This document shows positions 32,072 to 46,200 of a DNA stretch of 64,000 bases, piece by piece. Origin of the DNA: Eledone cirrhosa (Eukaryota); NCBI GenBank assembly GCA_964016885.1, contig OZ024747.1, positions 11,222,001-11,286,000 on the forward strand, written 5' to 3'. The notes beneath the pieces were generated by a model that saw only the letters and a program-made list of their open reading frames with translations, was not told where the DNA came from and did not search any database. Each line of letters starts with the position of its first letter. Positions within the stretch are counted from its first letter, which is position 1. Made by a program: the position numbers and the translations under genes.

Positions 32072-35000
32072 GTATCTATACTACCACAACAGTAGCACTA
32101 GTATCTATATTACCACAACAGTAACACTAGTATCTATATCACCACAACAGCAACACTAGTATCTATATCACCACAACAGTAACACTAGTATCTATATTAC
32201 CACAACAGTAACACTAGTATCTATATCACCACAACAGTAACACTAGTATCTATATTACCACAACAGTAGCACTAGTATCTATATTACCACAACAGTAACA
32301 CTAGTATCTATATTACCACAACAGTAACACTAGTATCTATATCACCACAACAGTAACACTAGTATCTATATTACCACAACAGTAACACTAGTATCTATAT
32401 CACCACAACAGTAACACTAGTATCTATATTACCACAACAGTAACACTAGTATCTATATCACCACAACAGCAACACTAGTATCTATATTACCACAACAGTA
32501 GCACTAGTATCTATATTACCACAACAGTAACACTAGTATCTATATTACCACAACAGTAACACTAGTATCTATATCACCACAACAGTAACACTAGTATCTA
32601 TACTACCACAACAGTAACACTAGTATCTATATTACCACAACAGTAACACTAGTATCTATATTACCACAACAGTAACACTAGTATCTATACTACCACAACA
32701 GTAACACTAGTATCTATACTACCACAACAGTAACACTAGTATCTATATTACCACAACAGTAACACTAGTATCTATATTACCACAACAGTAACACTAGTAT
32801 CTATACTACCACAACAGTAACACTAGTATCTATATTACCACAACAGTAACACTAGTATCTATATTACCACAACAGTAACACTAGTATCTATACTACCACA
32901 ACAGTAACACTAGTATCTATATTACCACAACAGTAACACTAGTATCTATATTACCACAACAGTAACACTAGTATCTATACTACCACAACAGTAACACTAG
33001 TATCTATATTACCACAACAGTAACACTAGTATCTATATTACCACAACAGTAACACTAGTATCTATATCACCACAACAGTAACACTAGTATCTATACTACC
33101 ACAACAGTAACACTAGTATCTATATTACCACAACAGTAACACTAGTATCTATATTACCACAACAGTAACACTAGTATCTATACTACCACAACAGTAACAC
33201 TAGTATCTATATTACCACAACAGTAACACTAGTATCTATATTACCACAACAGTAACACTAGTATCTATACTACCACAACAGTAACACTAGTATCTATATT
33301 ACCACAACAGTAACACTAGTATCTATATTACCACAACAGTAACACTAGTATCTATACTACCACAACAGTAACACTAGTATCTATATTACCACAACAGTAA
33401 CACTAGTATCTATATTACCACAACAGTAACACTAGTATCTATACTACCACAACAGTAACACTAGTATCTATACTACCACAACAGTAACACTAGTATATAT
33501 ATCACCACAACAGTAACACTAGTATCTATATTACCACAACAGTAACACTAGTATCTATACTACCACAACAGTAACACTAGTATCTATATTACCACAACAG
33601 TAACACTAGTATCTATACTACCACAACAGTAACACTAGTATCTATATTACCACAACAGTAACACTAGTATCTATATTACCACAACAGTAGCACTAGTATC
33701 TATATTACCACAACAGTAGCACTAGTATCTATATTACCACAACAGTAACACTAGTATCTATATTACCACAACAGTAACACTAGTATCTATATCACCACAA
33801 CAGTAACACTAGTATCTATATTACCACAACAGTAGCACTAGTATCTATATTACCACAACAGTAGCACTAGTATCTATATTACCACAACAGTAACACTAGT
33901 ATCTATATCACCACAACAGTAGCACTAGTATCTATATCACCACAACAGTAGCACTAGTATCTATATTACCACAACAGTAGCACTAGTATCTATATCACCA
34001 CAACAGTAACACTAGTATCTATATCACCACAACAGTAGCACTAGTATCTATATCACCACAACAGTAGCACTAGTATCTATATTACCACAACAGTAACACT
34101 AGTATCTATATTACCACAACAGTAACACTAGTATCTATATTACCACAACAGTAGCACTAGTATCTATATTACCACAACAGTAACACTAGTATCTATATCA
34201 CCACAACAGTAACACTAGTATCTATATCACCACAACAGTAACACTAGTATCTATATTACCACAACAGTAGCACTAGTATCTATATTACCACAACAGTAGC
34301 ACTAGTATCTATATTACCACAACAGTAACACTAGTATCTATATTACCACAATAGTAACACTAGTATCTATATTACCACAACAGTAGCACTGGTATCTATA
34401 TTACCACAACAGTAACACTAGTATCTATATCACCACAACAGTAACACTAGTATCTATACTACCACAACAGTAACACTAGTATCTATACTACCACAACAGT
34501 AACACTAGTATCTATATTACCACAACAGTAACACTAGTATCTATATTACCACAACAGTAACACTAGTATCTATACTACCACAACAGTAACACTAGTATCT
34601 ATATTACCACAACAGTAACACTAGTATCTATACTACCACAACAGTAACACTAGTATCTATATTACCACAACAGTAACACTAGTATCTATATTACCACAAC
34701 AGTAACACTAGTATCTATACTACCACAACAGTAACACTAGTATCTATATTACCACAACAGTAACACTAGTATCTATATTACCACAACAGTAACACTAGTA
34801 TCTATATTACCACAACAGTAACACTAGTATATATATTACCACAACAGTAACACTAGTATCTATATTACCACAACAGTAACACTAGTATCTATATTACCAC
34901 AACAGTAACACTAGTATCTATATTACCACAACAGTAACACTAGTATCTATATTACCACAACAGTAACACTAGTATCTATACTACCACAACAGTAACACTA

Positions 35001-35410
35001 GTATCTATATAACTACAACAGTAACACTAGTATCTATATAAACAACAGTAACACTAGTATCTATATTACTACAACAGTAACACTAGTATCTATATCACCA
35101 CAACAGTAACATTAGTATCTATATTACCACAACAGTAGCACTAGTATCTATATTACCACAACAGTAGCACTAGTATCTATATTACCACAACAGTAACACT
35201 AGTATCTATATTACTACAACAGTAACACTAGTATCTATATTACCACAACAGTAACACTAGTATCTATATTACTACAACAGTAACACTAGTATCTATATCA
35301 CCACAACAGTAGCACTAGTATCTATATTACCACAACAGTAGCACTAGTATCTATATTACCACAACAGTAGCACTAGTATCTATATTACCACAACAGTAGC
35401 ACTAGTATAC
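32072..35410. repeat. 29-bp minisatellite (gtatctatattaccacaacagtaacacta), roughly 115 copies, followed by a 68-bp triplication to ~35600
   Basis: Direct tandem array. Confidence 0.97.
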
Positions 35411-35759
35411 CTATTACCACACCATAAATGGAGTATTTCTCTGTCAGTTTCTCTCTTCACATGGTAGCACTAGTATACCTATTACCACACCATAAATGGA
35501 GTATTTCTCTGTCAGTTTCTATCTTCACATGGTAGCACTAGTTTTACCTATTACCACACCATAAATGGAGTATTTCTCTGTCAGTTTCTATCTTCACATC
35601 AACCAGCTGCTAGGGACCACACAACATTTCTTATTCATATTTCTCAAATAATCCATCTCCATCTTTTATCAAATATCAATTGTCTGATGTTTCTTTTTAG
35701 AATATTTACAGCAGATGTTGATCTTTGCCTTGTATATATATTGTTTATAAACATTTGTG

Positions 35760-35767
35760 TATGTATG

Positions 35768-35800
<33 letters not shown>

Positions 35801-37860
35801 ATAAGTATATGTGTATGTATGTATATCTATGTGTGTATGTATACATGTTATGTATATGTATATAAGTATGTATGTGTGTCTGTATATCTATCTATATATG
35901 TATGTATGTATACATGTATATAAGTATGTATGTATATCTATCTATATATGTATGTATACATGTATATAAGTATGTATGTATTTCTATCTATATATGTATG
36001 TCTGTATATCTATGTATGTATACATGTACATAAGTATGTATGTATATCTATCTATATATGTATGTATACATGTATATAAGTATGTATGTATATCTATCTA
36101 TATGTGTATGCATGTATGTATATGTATATAAGTATGTATGTGTGTCTGTATATCTATCTATATATGTATGTATACATGTATATAAGTATGTATGTATATC
36201 TATCTATATGTGTATGCATGTATGTATATGTATATAAGTATGTATGTGTGTCTGTATATCTATCTATATATGTATGTATACATGTATATAAGTATGTATG
36301 TATATCTATCTATATGTGTATGCATGTATGTATATGTATATAAGTATGTATGTGTGTCTGTATATCTATCTATATATGTATGTATACATGTATATAAGTA
36401 TGTATGTATATCTATCTATATGTGTATGCATGTATGTATATGTATATAAGTATGTATGTGTGTCTGTATATCTATCTATATATGTATGTATACATGTATA
36501 TAAGTATGTATGTATATCTATCTATATGTGTATGCATGTATGTATATGTATATAAGTATGTATGTGTGTCTGTATATCTATCTATATATGTATGTATACA
36601 TGTATATAAGTATGTATGTATATCTATCTATATGTGTATGCATGTATGTATATGTATATAAGTATGTATGTGTGTCTGTATATCTATCTATATATGTATG
36701 TATACATGTATATAAGTATGTATGTATATCTATCTATATGTGTATGCATGTATGTATATGTATATAAGTATGTATGTGTGTCTGTATATCTATCTATATA
36801 TGTATGTATACATGTATATAAGTATGTATGTATATCTATCTATATGTGTATGCATGTATGTATATGTATATAAGTATGTATGTGTGTCTGTATATCTATC
36901 TATATATGTATGTATACATGTATATAAGTATGTATGTATATCTATCTATATGTGTATGCATGTATGTATATGTATATAAGTATGTATGTGTGTCTGTATA
37001 TCTATCTATATATGTATGTATACATGTATATAAGTATGTATGTATATCTATCTATATGTGTATGCATGTATGTATATGTATATAAGTATGTATGTGTGTC
37101 TGTATATCTATCTATATATGTATGTATACATGTATATAAGTATGTATGTATATCTATCTATATGTGTATGCATGTATGTATATGTATATAAGTATGTATG
37201 TGTGTCTGTATATCTATCTATATATGTATGTATACATGTATATAAGTATGTATGTATATCTATCTATATGTGTATGCATGTATGTATATGTATATAAGTA
37301 TGTATGTGTGTCTGTATATCTATCTATATATGTATGTATACATGTATATAAGTATGTATGTATATCTATCTATATGTGTATGCATGTATGTATATGTATA
37401 TAAGTATGTATGTGTGTCTGTATATCTATCTATATATGTATGTATACATGTATATAAGTATGTATGTATATCTATCTATGTGTATGCATGTATGTATATG
37501 TATATAAGTATGTATGTGTGTCTGTATAACTATCTATATATGTATGTATACATGTATATTAGTATGTATGTGTGTCTGTATATCTATCTATATATGTATG
37601 TATACATGTATATAAGTATGTATGTATATCTATCTATATGTGTATGCATGTATGTATATGTATATAAGTATGTATGTGTCTGTATATCTATCTATATATG
37701 TATGTATACATGTATATAAGTATGTATGTATATCTATCTATATGTGTATGCATGTATATGTATATAAGTATGTATGTGTGTCTGTATAACTATCTATATA
37801 TGTATGTATACATGTATATAAGTATGTATGTATATCTATCTATATATGTATGTATGTGTG
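35760..37860. repeat. 106-bp higher-order repeat built from TATG/TATC microsatellite
   Basis: Identical ORF translations recur every 106 bp (36086, 36192, ...). Confidence 0.92.
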
Positions 37861-38179
37861 TATGTTTCTCCACATTTATAATACAATTAAAGTAAGTTTT
37901 ATATGAAAATAGATAAAACGTTACATAAAGAGAGACATTTTTCAAAATAACCAACTTTCAGTCAATAGAATCATTTTTAATATTTTTATTATTGTACAGT
38001 TCGACTTATAAAAGGTTTTATTTACATGAATTATCAAAATATCAACATTTGAAGAAAGAAAATAACCAGTAAACCAGAATAAATCATTCTAGCAGCTGTT
38101 TTAAGGCTTCAATGCCTTTTAATAGGGTCCAGTCTGAGGCAAGCATTCAGGCCATGTCCCCAGTTTGAAGATAACTTCT

Positions 38180-38970
38180 CTCTCTCCTACCAGACTTAGG
38201 GATCATAGGAAACTTTAGTGATGTCTTCTCTCCAACCAGACTTAAAGACCCTAGGAAACTTCAGTGTTGTGTCCTCCCTCCCTCCTACCTTAGAGGCCCT
38301 AGGAAACTTCATTGTGTCCTCCCTCCTACCTTAGAGGCCCTAGGAAACTTCAGTATTGTCCTCCCTCCTACCTTAGAGGCCCTAGGAAACTTCATTGTCC
38401 TCCCTCCTACCTTAGAGGCCCTAGGAAACTTCATTGTGTCCTCCCTCCTACCTTAGAGACCCTAGGAAAGTTCATTGTGTCCTCCCTCCTACCTTAGAGG
38501 CCCTAGGAAATTTCATTGTGTCCTCCCTCCTACCTTAGAGACCCTAGGAAAGTTCATTGTGTCCTCCCTCCTACTTTAGAGACCCTAGGAAACTTCATTG
38601 TGTCCTCCCTCCTACCTTAGAGACCCTAGGAAACTTCAGTGCTGTCCTCCCTCCTACTTTATAGACCCTAGGAAACTTCAGTATTGTCCTTCTTCCTACC
38701 TTAGAGACCCTAGGAAACTTCAGTGCTGTCCTCCCTCCTACTTTAGAGACCCTAGGAAACTTCAGTGCTGTCCTCCCTCCTACCTTAGAGGCCCTAAGAA
38801 ACTTCATTGTCCTCCCTCCTACCTTAGAGACCCTAGGAAACTTCAGTGCTGTCCTCCCTCCTACCTTAGAGGCCCTAAGAAACTTCATTGTCCTCCCTCC
38901 TACCTTAGAGACCCTAGGAAACTTCAGTGCTGTCCTCCCTCCTACCTTAGAGACCCCAAGAAACTTCCTC
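38180..38970. repeat. ~39-42-bp minisatellite (tcctccctcctaccttagagaccctaggaaactt)
   Basis: Direct tandem array. Confidence 0.92.
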
Positions 38971-39419
38971 TGACTAAACCATAAAGATTAATTACTTTTT
39001 AGTGAGATTTACACACACAACACATTTATGTGTTTGTGTGTGTAATAAGATAAACCTATGGCTGTGTAGTTAATGAGTTCACTTCATAACCCTGTAGTTT
39101 TGGATATAGTTCCACTATGAGACGGTTTGGTCAAGTGTCTTTTAATACAAGTTGACCAGTATAATATATACACTGTTGGGTATAGCCTCAGGTTGACCAA
39201 TATAATACACACACTATTGGGTATAGCTTCAAGCTGACCAACCTTTGGGTATCAATCCTTCTGCTCTAGGTATAAATATTTCTCTCTTTTCATTGTTGTC
39301 ACTGGGATGGGAGTAATTGTAGTGGGGTGTTTATGGGGAAATTTCACTGAAATAAAAGGGGTCCCTTGATACTCCTTTAATAAATTAACTTTACTTGATC
39401 AGTAGTTACCCCCACATCT

Positions 39420-39640
39420 TAGTAACACCCTCTATCTGTGATACTACTCCTTACTTAACATTGCTTGACTCCCTTATAGACACAAAACAACATAGTAACT
39501 CCCAAGATCAAAATACTGGCCACATCTTTGATTGTGTTCTGACACGTTCTCAGGACAAGGAGTATGTTTGTGTTACCTGTTCTATGTCTAGTGTAGATGT
39601 TTGGCATATCACTATCCCCTAATATCTCAACATAACTGTG
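39420..39640 (+). mobile_element. Highly decayed L2/CR1-type AP-endonuclease remnant in the presumed 3' UTR (antisense to the gene)
   Basis: LLDSLIDTKQH...GHIFDCVLTR resembles the LINE endonuclease motif L.QHV..PT...GHTLDLVLTR. Confidence 0.45.
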
Positions 39641-39865
39641 CTCCATCCTCACAGACAATCAGCTGCGTGTGAGCCTTGTCACAAATTCAGCTGCTCAAAA
39701 CTCATATTACATAAGCTACTATCAACTATTTCATGACATTGTGTATGTTGGGGTCCCAGACCAGACCAGGGCAGGGCAGGGTAGACTGGAGCATTATGCA
39801 GTTTGAAGAAGCTGTAGGTTACTCTCTACTATTTTGTAGGTTACCTCCATCACAGTTGACTGCAG

Positions 39866-41791
39866 TTACTCAACAACGACACCTGGATCAGTAGCATTGA
39901 CTTTTGGATCAGTAGCATTGAGCTCTGGACCAGTAGCATTGATCTCTGGATCAGTAGCATTGATCTCTGGATCAGTAGCATTGATCTCTGGATCAGTAGC
40001 ATTGATCTCTGGATCAGTAGCATTGATCTCTGGATCAGTAGCATTGACTTCTGGATCAGTAGCATTGATCTCAGGATCAGTAGCATTGGCCTCTGGATCA
40101 GTAGCATTGGCCTCTGGATCAGTAGCATTGACCTCCAGATTAGTTGTGTTGGTGTCTGGATCATTGGTGTCACTTTCTTGATTAATGACGACATTCACCT
40201 CTGAATCAATATTATTGACATCTTTAGGAGTGAGACTTAAATCTTGTTCTGTGACATTCTCACCTGGATCAGGTAAATTCTCACTTGAGTTGATGAGATC
40301 AACAACAGGAAGAGTGACACTGGTCATATTGTCATTAGAACTAGTAACAGTAACATGTGAAGTGGTGATGTTCATACATGGATCAGCATCAGAAACATTT
40401 TGGTTGTTTATTGTGAGACATGGATCAGTAAGATCAGTGAGATGAGGATGAGAGACAGTGATACCTGTGACTGGGACACACAGATGATTGATTGGGAGGT
40501 GAAGGTCATTAATAACTCCCAGATCAGTGACAGTGATACCTGAGGCTTCAGTGATTGGCACATCCAAACTAGATATAACAACACCAACATTACTGACAGC
40601 ACTACCTGAATCAACAACACCTGAACTACCACCTGCACCAACATGGCAGATGTCATCAACCTGGATATCTGAGTTAGAGATAACAACTGGAGTGGAGTCA
40701 GCAGCATCCGCACTCACACTCGACTGAATGACAGTGACAGGAGTGGTAGAAGGTAGATAGCTAGATGGTGTACTCACAGTTACACTCGACTGAGTGGGAG
40801 AAGGGGAAGGATTCCCTTCCAATTGGTCAGAGACAGGGTCAGTATTCTGAGAAGGGCAAGGGGTTAAGGAAGTAGAAAACAAGGGAGGTTGAATTGGGGA
40901 CAGTTTTATACCCAGTACTGACTGGACATTTGGTAAGGAGGGCACAGTCAGAGCATCATTGAGAGCAACGTCAACAGAAACATGTGGCCCACATGTAGTA
41001 CCTGCCCTTGGTAATGATGATGTAATGTTGATGGCATTGACAGAGCCATGTGGCTCACATGTAGCACCTGCACTTGGTAGAGATGACAATGTATTGTTAA
41101 CAGCATCACCAGCAGAGACATGTGGCCCACATGGTGCACCTATCCTTGGTGGTAGTGTGTCAATGACAACATCAACAGGAACATGTGGCGTACATGTGAC
41201 ACTTGTCATTGGTGATAGGAATGGCATATCGTCAGCAGCAGCAGCATCAACAGAAAGATGTGGCCCACATGTGGCATCCGTCATTGGTTGTAGAGATGAC
41301 ACATCATCGACAACAGCAGCAGCATCAACAGAAACATGTGGCTCACATGTGGCATCCGTCATTGGTTGTAGAGATGACACATCATCGACAACAGCAGCAG
41401 CATCAACAGAAACATGTGGCTCACATGTGGCATCCATCATTGGTTGTAGAGATGACACATCATCGACAACAGCAGCAGCATCAACAGAAACATGTGGCTC
41501 ACATGTGGCATCCATCGTTGGTGGTAGAGATGGTTTAAGTTTTGCTAAATGAGCGTCACAGAGTAGCTTTAGTTCGTCCATCTCCAAACAGACAGCAATG
41601 ATCCGCAGTTGATCCAGGATCTGTGGATCAACATCCACAACACCGTTGTATATGTAGTCAGCAAATGCATCCACAGCAGGCTGGCCGACCCCTTTTGGGA
41701 AATTGACCCGCAAGAACTGGCTGGAGGATACATCAGCAGTTGACATGGCTTGCAGTTTAGGGCACATTGCCAACAACACCACCTTGTGAAC
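39866..41791 (-). CDS. Terminal coding exon: rest of BTB (VHKVVLLAMCPKL...FADYIYNG...LEMDELKLLC) plus low-complexity repeat tail
   Basis: Part of 655-aa ORF 39866-41833; tttctccag acceptor; BTB HK.VL and YIY.G motifs. Confidence 0.9.
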   Translation of the reverse strand, partial: VHKVVLLAMCPKLQAMSTADVSSSQFLRVNFPKGVGQPAVDAFADYIYNGVVDVDPQILDQLRIIAVCLEMDELKLLCDAHLAKLKPSLPPTMDATCEPHVSVDAAAVVDDVSSLQPMMDATCEPHVSVDAAAVVDDVSSLQPMTDATCEPHVSVDAAAVVDDVSSLQPMTDATCGPHLSVDAAAADDMPFLSPMTSVTCTPHVPVDVVIDTLPPRIGAPCGPHVSAGDAVNNTLSSLPSAGATCEPHGSVNAINITSSLPRAGTTCGPHVSVDVALNDALTVPSLPNVQSVLGIKLSPIQPPLFSTSLTPCPSQNTDPVSDQLEGNPSPSPTQSSVTVSTPSSYLPSTTPVTVIQSSVSADAADSTPVVISNSDIQVDDICHVGAGGSSGVVDSGSAVSNVGVVISSLDVPITEASGITVTDLGVINDLHLPINHLCVPVTGITVSHPHLTDLTDPCLTINNQNVSDADPCMNITTSHVTVTSSNDNMTSVTLPVVDLINSSENLPDPGENVTEQDLSLTPKDVNNIDSEVNVVINQESDTNDPDTNTTNLEVNATDPEANATDPEANATDPEINATDPEVNATDPEINATDPEINATDPEINATDPEINATDPEINATGPELNATDPKVNATDPGVVVE

Positions 41792-43255
41792 CTGGAGAAA
41801 GATTGACAAACAAATTATAATAAATATATACACTCACACATACACACAGACAATACAGGGGTAGAAAGGACATTTCAGTCTGCCTGGAGATATGACAACC
41901 TCTCTAGTACTGGAGCCCAGGGTCAGAGTTAATGGGGTGTAAAGGGGGCAATTGCCTCAGGCCCCCTGCAGTGGAGGAGCCCCACCAGTGACGGTTGTAG
42001 CAATTTATTTGTACCTTCAGCTGGGCTTCTTAGTTTTAGGAGGGTTAGAGGTTTTGAATTTAATACCTGTATGTATAACTTCTCAATTCCAATTACTTGA
42101 ACCAAGCTAACTTTGATATGTAAAAATGGAGGAAGGGGGATGCTGTGTATTCTAATTTTTTGTGTATGAGGGGTCCCCAAACCTGAAGTGTCCCGTGCCC
42201 CCCTAGGTCTAAATCCAACCCTACTGGTGCCATGATAAAATTCACCCGATACACTCTGTAAAGTAGGAGTGGCGGTGTCATAATAAAATGCATCCAGTAC
42301 ATGCTTGATAATAGCATGGAAAAATGGATGTTAAACAGTGATGATGATGATGAACTGTGGGAGAAGCGATGGTAATGAAAGGGTTAATGACATAGACAGT
42401 GTCTTTCTTTAGAAATATGGTAATGAAAGGGTTAATGACATAGACAGTGTCTTTCTTTAGAAATATGGTAATGAAAGGGTTAATGACATAGACAGTGTCT
42501 TTCTTTAGAAATATGGTAATGAAAGGGTTAATGACACAGACAGTGTCTTTCTTTAGAAATATGGTAATGAAAGGGTTAATGACATAGACAGTGTCTTTCT
42601 TTAGAAATATGGTAATGGAAGGGTTAATGACATAGACAGTGTCTTTCATTAGAAATATGGTAATGAAAGGGTTAATGACACAGACAGTGTCTTTCATTAG
42701 AAATATGGTAATGAAAGGGTTAATGACATAGGTATAGTGTCTTTCATTAGAAATATGGTAATGAAGGAGTTAAGGATGTATAACGCAAACTTACCATTAC
42801 AGTGGCTGTGTCGTTACCAATGCCAGCATCACAAAATTTACCATTTTTCCAAAGCCGCATCAGATTGTGTAGCATGCTTCGCCCATGACTTGCAACAATG
42901 TAAACTTTCTTCAGTCGTTGGGGCTGTTCATCACTCTCAACACTGCAAGGAGTTAATACATCAGTCTTTAATTATATATATATATATGTACATACAAACA
43001 TACATATGTACACACACACACATATACATACATATGTACACACACACATATACATACATATGTACACACACACACATACATACATGGGGGAGTACAGTTT
43101 GGTTTGGCAGGAGTCATGGGTACAGATTGGCGTTTGGTTTAGGGTGTTTGCCGAGGGTTAGTAGACTGATTGGAGCAATGATGGTCTTATCTATGTGTGC
43201 ATCTGCTATTGTGCAACTGCAATTCCGATTATACTCATTATTATTATTTCAACGT

Positions 43256-43288
<33 letters not shown>

Positions 43289-46200
43289 ATTTTATATTTA
43301 TTTTTATATTCACTTATCTCTGTCCATTTTATTTGTTTTGTTTCTCAACTGTAAGAAGTGCTAGATACTTCCCCTAGTCTGTCATGGCTTACTAGCTCTA
43401 TACGGACATTTAAATTGTTATAAACGTTAACCAGGTAATCCACTCATACACCTACACACAGAATTAGTGACCTTCTATGATCTTGATTTATACCTGCATG
43501 TATCCATCCATTAATGAAGAGAAGATCAAAAGAAACCATAATGTTGTTTTGTACATTTCAAGAATATTTTACTAATGTGGTTTCATGTGGTACAGGACAT
43601 TAAGAATTAAACAATATAAGTTCTCAAAAGATAAATAAAAAACATTTATTCAACGCACCTGTGAGGTTCTCCAGACACTTCACTAGAATGGTCTTTTATG
43701 TTGGTTGGACATATCTGGGACGTTTCACACAGTTTCGGAATCTTAGGTATCTTACAAGGCCTCGTTTCTTCAAATGAATCTGAAGACAATGCTATATTTG
43801 GACAAATCTCTACAGCAGGTTGTGAACTTTCCAAAGTTGTTGATTTGTTCTTATCTTTACATTCAATAGTTGACCTTTTCCTATTCCCATCTTCAGAAAT
43901 TACCTTATTTACACCTGTGTTATCCTTTGAAATCAATACCGGACTATGTCTGTCAGTTGCTTCAGACACACCAGATTTATTGTTTGCTGAGCCAAGTGAT
44001 TTCTCGTTGAGGCCAGTCGCTATCTGAAAATAACAACTTCAAAAATAAACTACAAAACTTCAGTTTTAAAACTACCAAATTTCAGTCTTAAAACTACCAA
44101 AATTCAGTTTCAAAACTACCAAACTTCAGTTTCAAAACTACCAAACTTCAGTTTCAAAACTACCAAACTTCAGTTTTAAAACTACCAAACTTCAGTTTCA
44201 AAACTACCAAACTTCAGTTTCAAAACTACAAAACTTCAGTTTTAAAACTACCAAACTCCAGTTTCAAAACTACCAAACTCCAGTTTCAAAACTACCAAAC
44301 TCCAGTTTCAAAACTACCAAACTCCAGTTTCAAAACTACCAAACTCCAGTTTCAAAACTACCAAACTCCAGTTTTAAAACTACCAAACTCCAGTTTCAAA
44401 ACTACCAAACTTCAGTTTCAAAACTACCAAACTTCAGTTTCAAAACTACAAAACTTCAGTTTTAAAACTACCAAACTCCAGTTTCAAAACTACCAAACTC
44501 CAGTTTCAAAACTACCAAACTCCAGTTTCAAAACTACCAAACTCCAGTTTCAAAACTACCAAACTTCAGTTTCAAAACTACCAAACTTCAGTTTCAAAAC
44601 TACCAAACTTCAGTTTTAAAACTACCAAAAGAAGGAGCAGGAGGTAGTCACCTGATCTGTCCAGCTACATTATGTGGTGATGATAGGATGATTGGTATAA
44701 CTGAAATATTCTAACCGAAAGTGAACCTACCAAAGTTTTCAATTTTGGAAGAGAAGAGACTGGTTTTGTTGGGTTCTTCATCTGGTGTTTCTCCCGGCGA
44801 CGTTGGCCACTGGCACTGACTTTCTTCTGGAAATTCAAAACAAATAACAACATATGAATATCTATCAATGTTTTATGGTGATATGCCATAATACAAGAGA
44901 CCTGTCTACTAGTACTAACACTGTGATAGAGATGACACAGGACTGAGCTGACTGGTGATATGTCATAATACAAAAGACCCCAGAAATGACTAAGGACTGA
45001 GCTGACTGGTGATATGTCATAATACAAAAGACCCCAGAAATGACTAAGGACTGAGCTGACTGGTGATATGTCATAAAACAAGAGACCCCAGAAATGACAA
45101 AGGGCCAAGCTGACTGGTGATATGTCATAAAACAAAAGACCTGTCTATCAGTACAAATAATGCAACACTAAAAGTAAACATGATGAGAGAGCAGAGACTA
45201 CAGTGTCTGGCAATCAAACACAAACAATGTAGGGTTTGACAGAACTCTTCAGTCTGGCCAAGCACATAACTACATCTCTAGTTACAGAGTGTACTGAGTG
45301 CATTTATCTTCACACAAGTACTACCACTTTACAGAATGTACTAGGTTCATTTCAAATTAGCACTGGCACTACCACTTTACAGAGTGTACTGAGTGCATGT
45401 TATCCTGATACCAGCAATACAGAGTGTACTGGGTACATTATATCTTAAAAATATAGAAAAAAATATTGCCTTACTTTCATGTGTGGAGGGAAGTCAAAGA
45501 TTGATGGAACAGCCCCATATCTAAGGCGTGTTGTTTGTCCGGTGCGATCAAAACATTCTTCTGAGAAATGTTTGCTACATAGATAGGTCTTATGCTCTGG
45601 CACCCAAATTTTACCATTCACTTGGTACTTCAGAGTAAGTGCCCATTCTTTTCTTCGTTTTAAATCCTTAGGAAAGCTACAAAAAAAAAAAGAGAAATAA
45701 GTGAAAAAGACACCTCACACCTGTTGGTTTAGCTGGCCTCCTACCTGTGTTGTTGTTACACCTCACACCTACGTTGGTTTAGATGGCCTCCTACCTGTGG
45801 TGTTGTTACACCTCACACCTATGTTGGTTTAGCTGGCCTCCTACCTGTGTTGTTGTTACACCTCACACCTACGTTGGTTTAGCTGGCCTCCTACCTGTGT
45901 TGTTGTTACACCTAACACCTGGTTTAGATGGCCTCCTACCTGTGTTGTTGTTACACCTGGTTTAGATGGCCTCCTACCTGTGTTGTTGTTAAACCTCACA
46001 CCTAGTTTAGATGGCCTCCTACCTGTGTTGTTGTTACACCTCACACCTACGTTGGTTTAGCTGGTCTCCTACCTGTGTTGTTGTTACACCTAACACCTGG
46101 TTTAGATGGCCTCCTACCTGTGTTGTTGTTAAACCTCACACCTAGTTTAGATGGCCTCCTACCTGTGGTGTTGTTACACCTCACACCTGGTTTAGATGGC

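Noticed and set aside
32072-35410. CRISPR-like regular 29-bp repeats
   Set aside because: Head-to-tail units with no unique spacers and no cas genes; eukaryotic minisatellite.
40959-41552. 197-aa plus-strand ORF
   Set aside because: Antisense shadow of the 78-bp coding repeat in the BTB exon.
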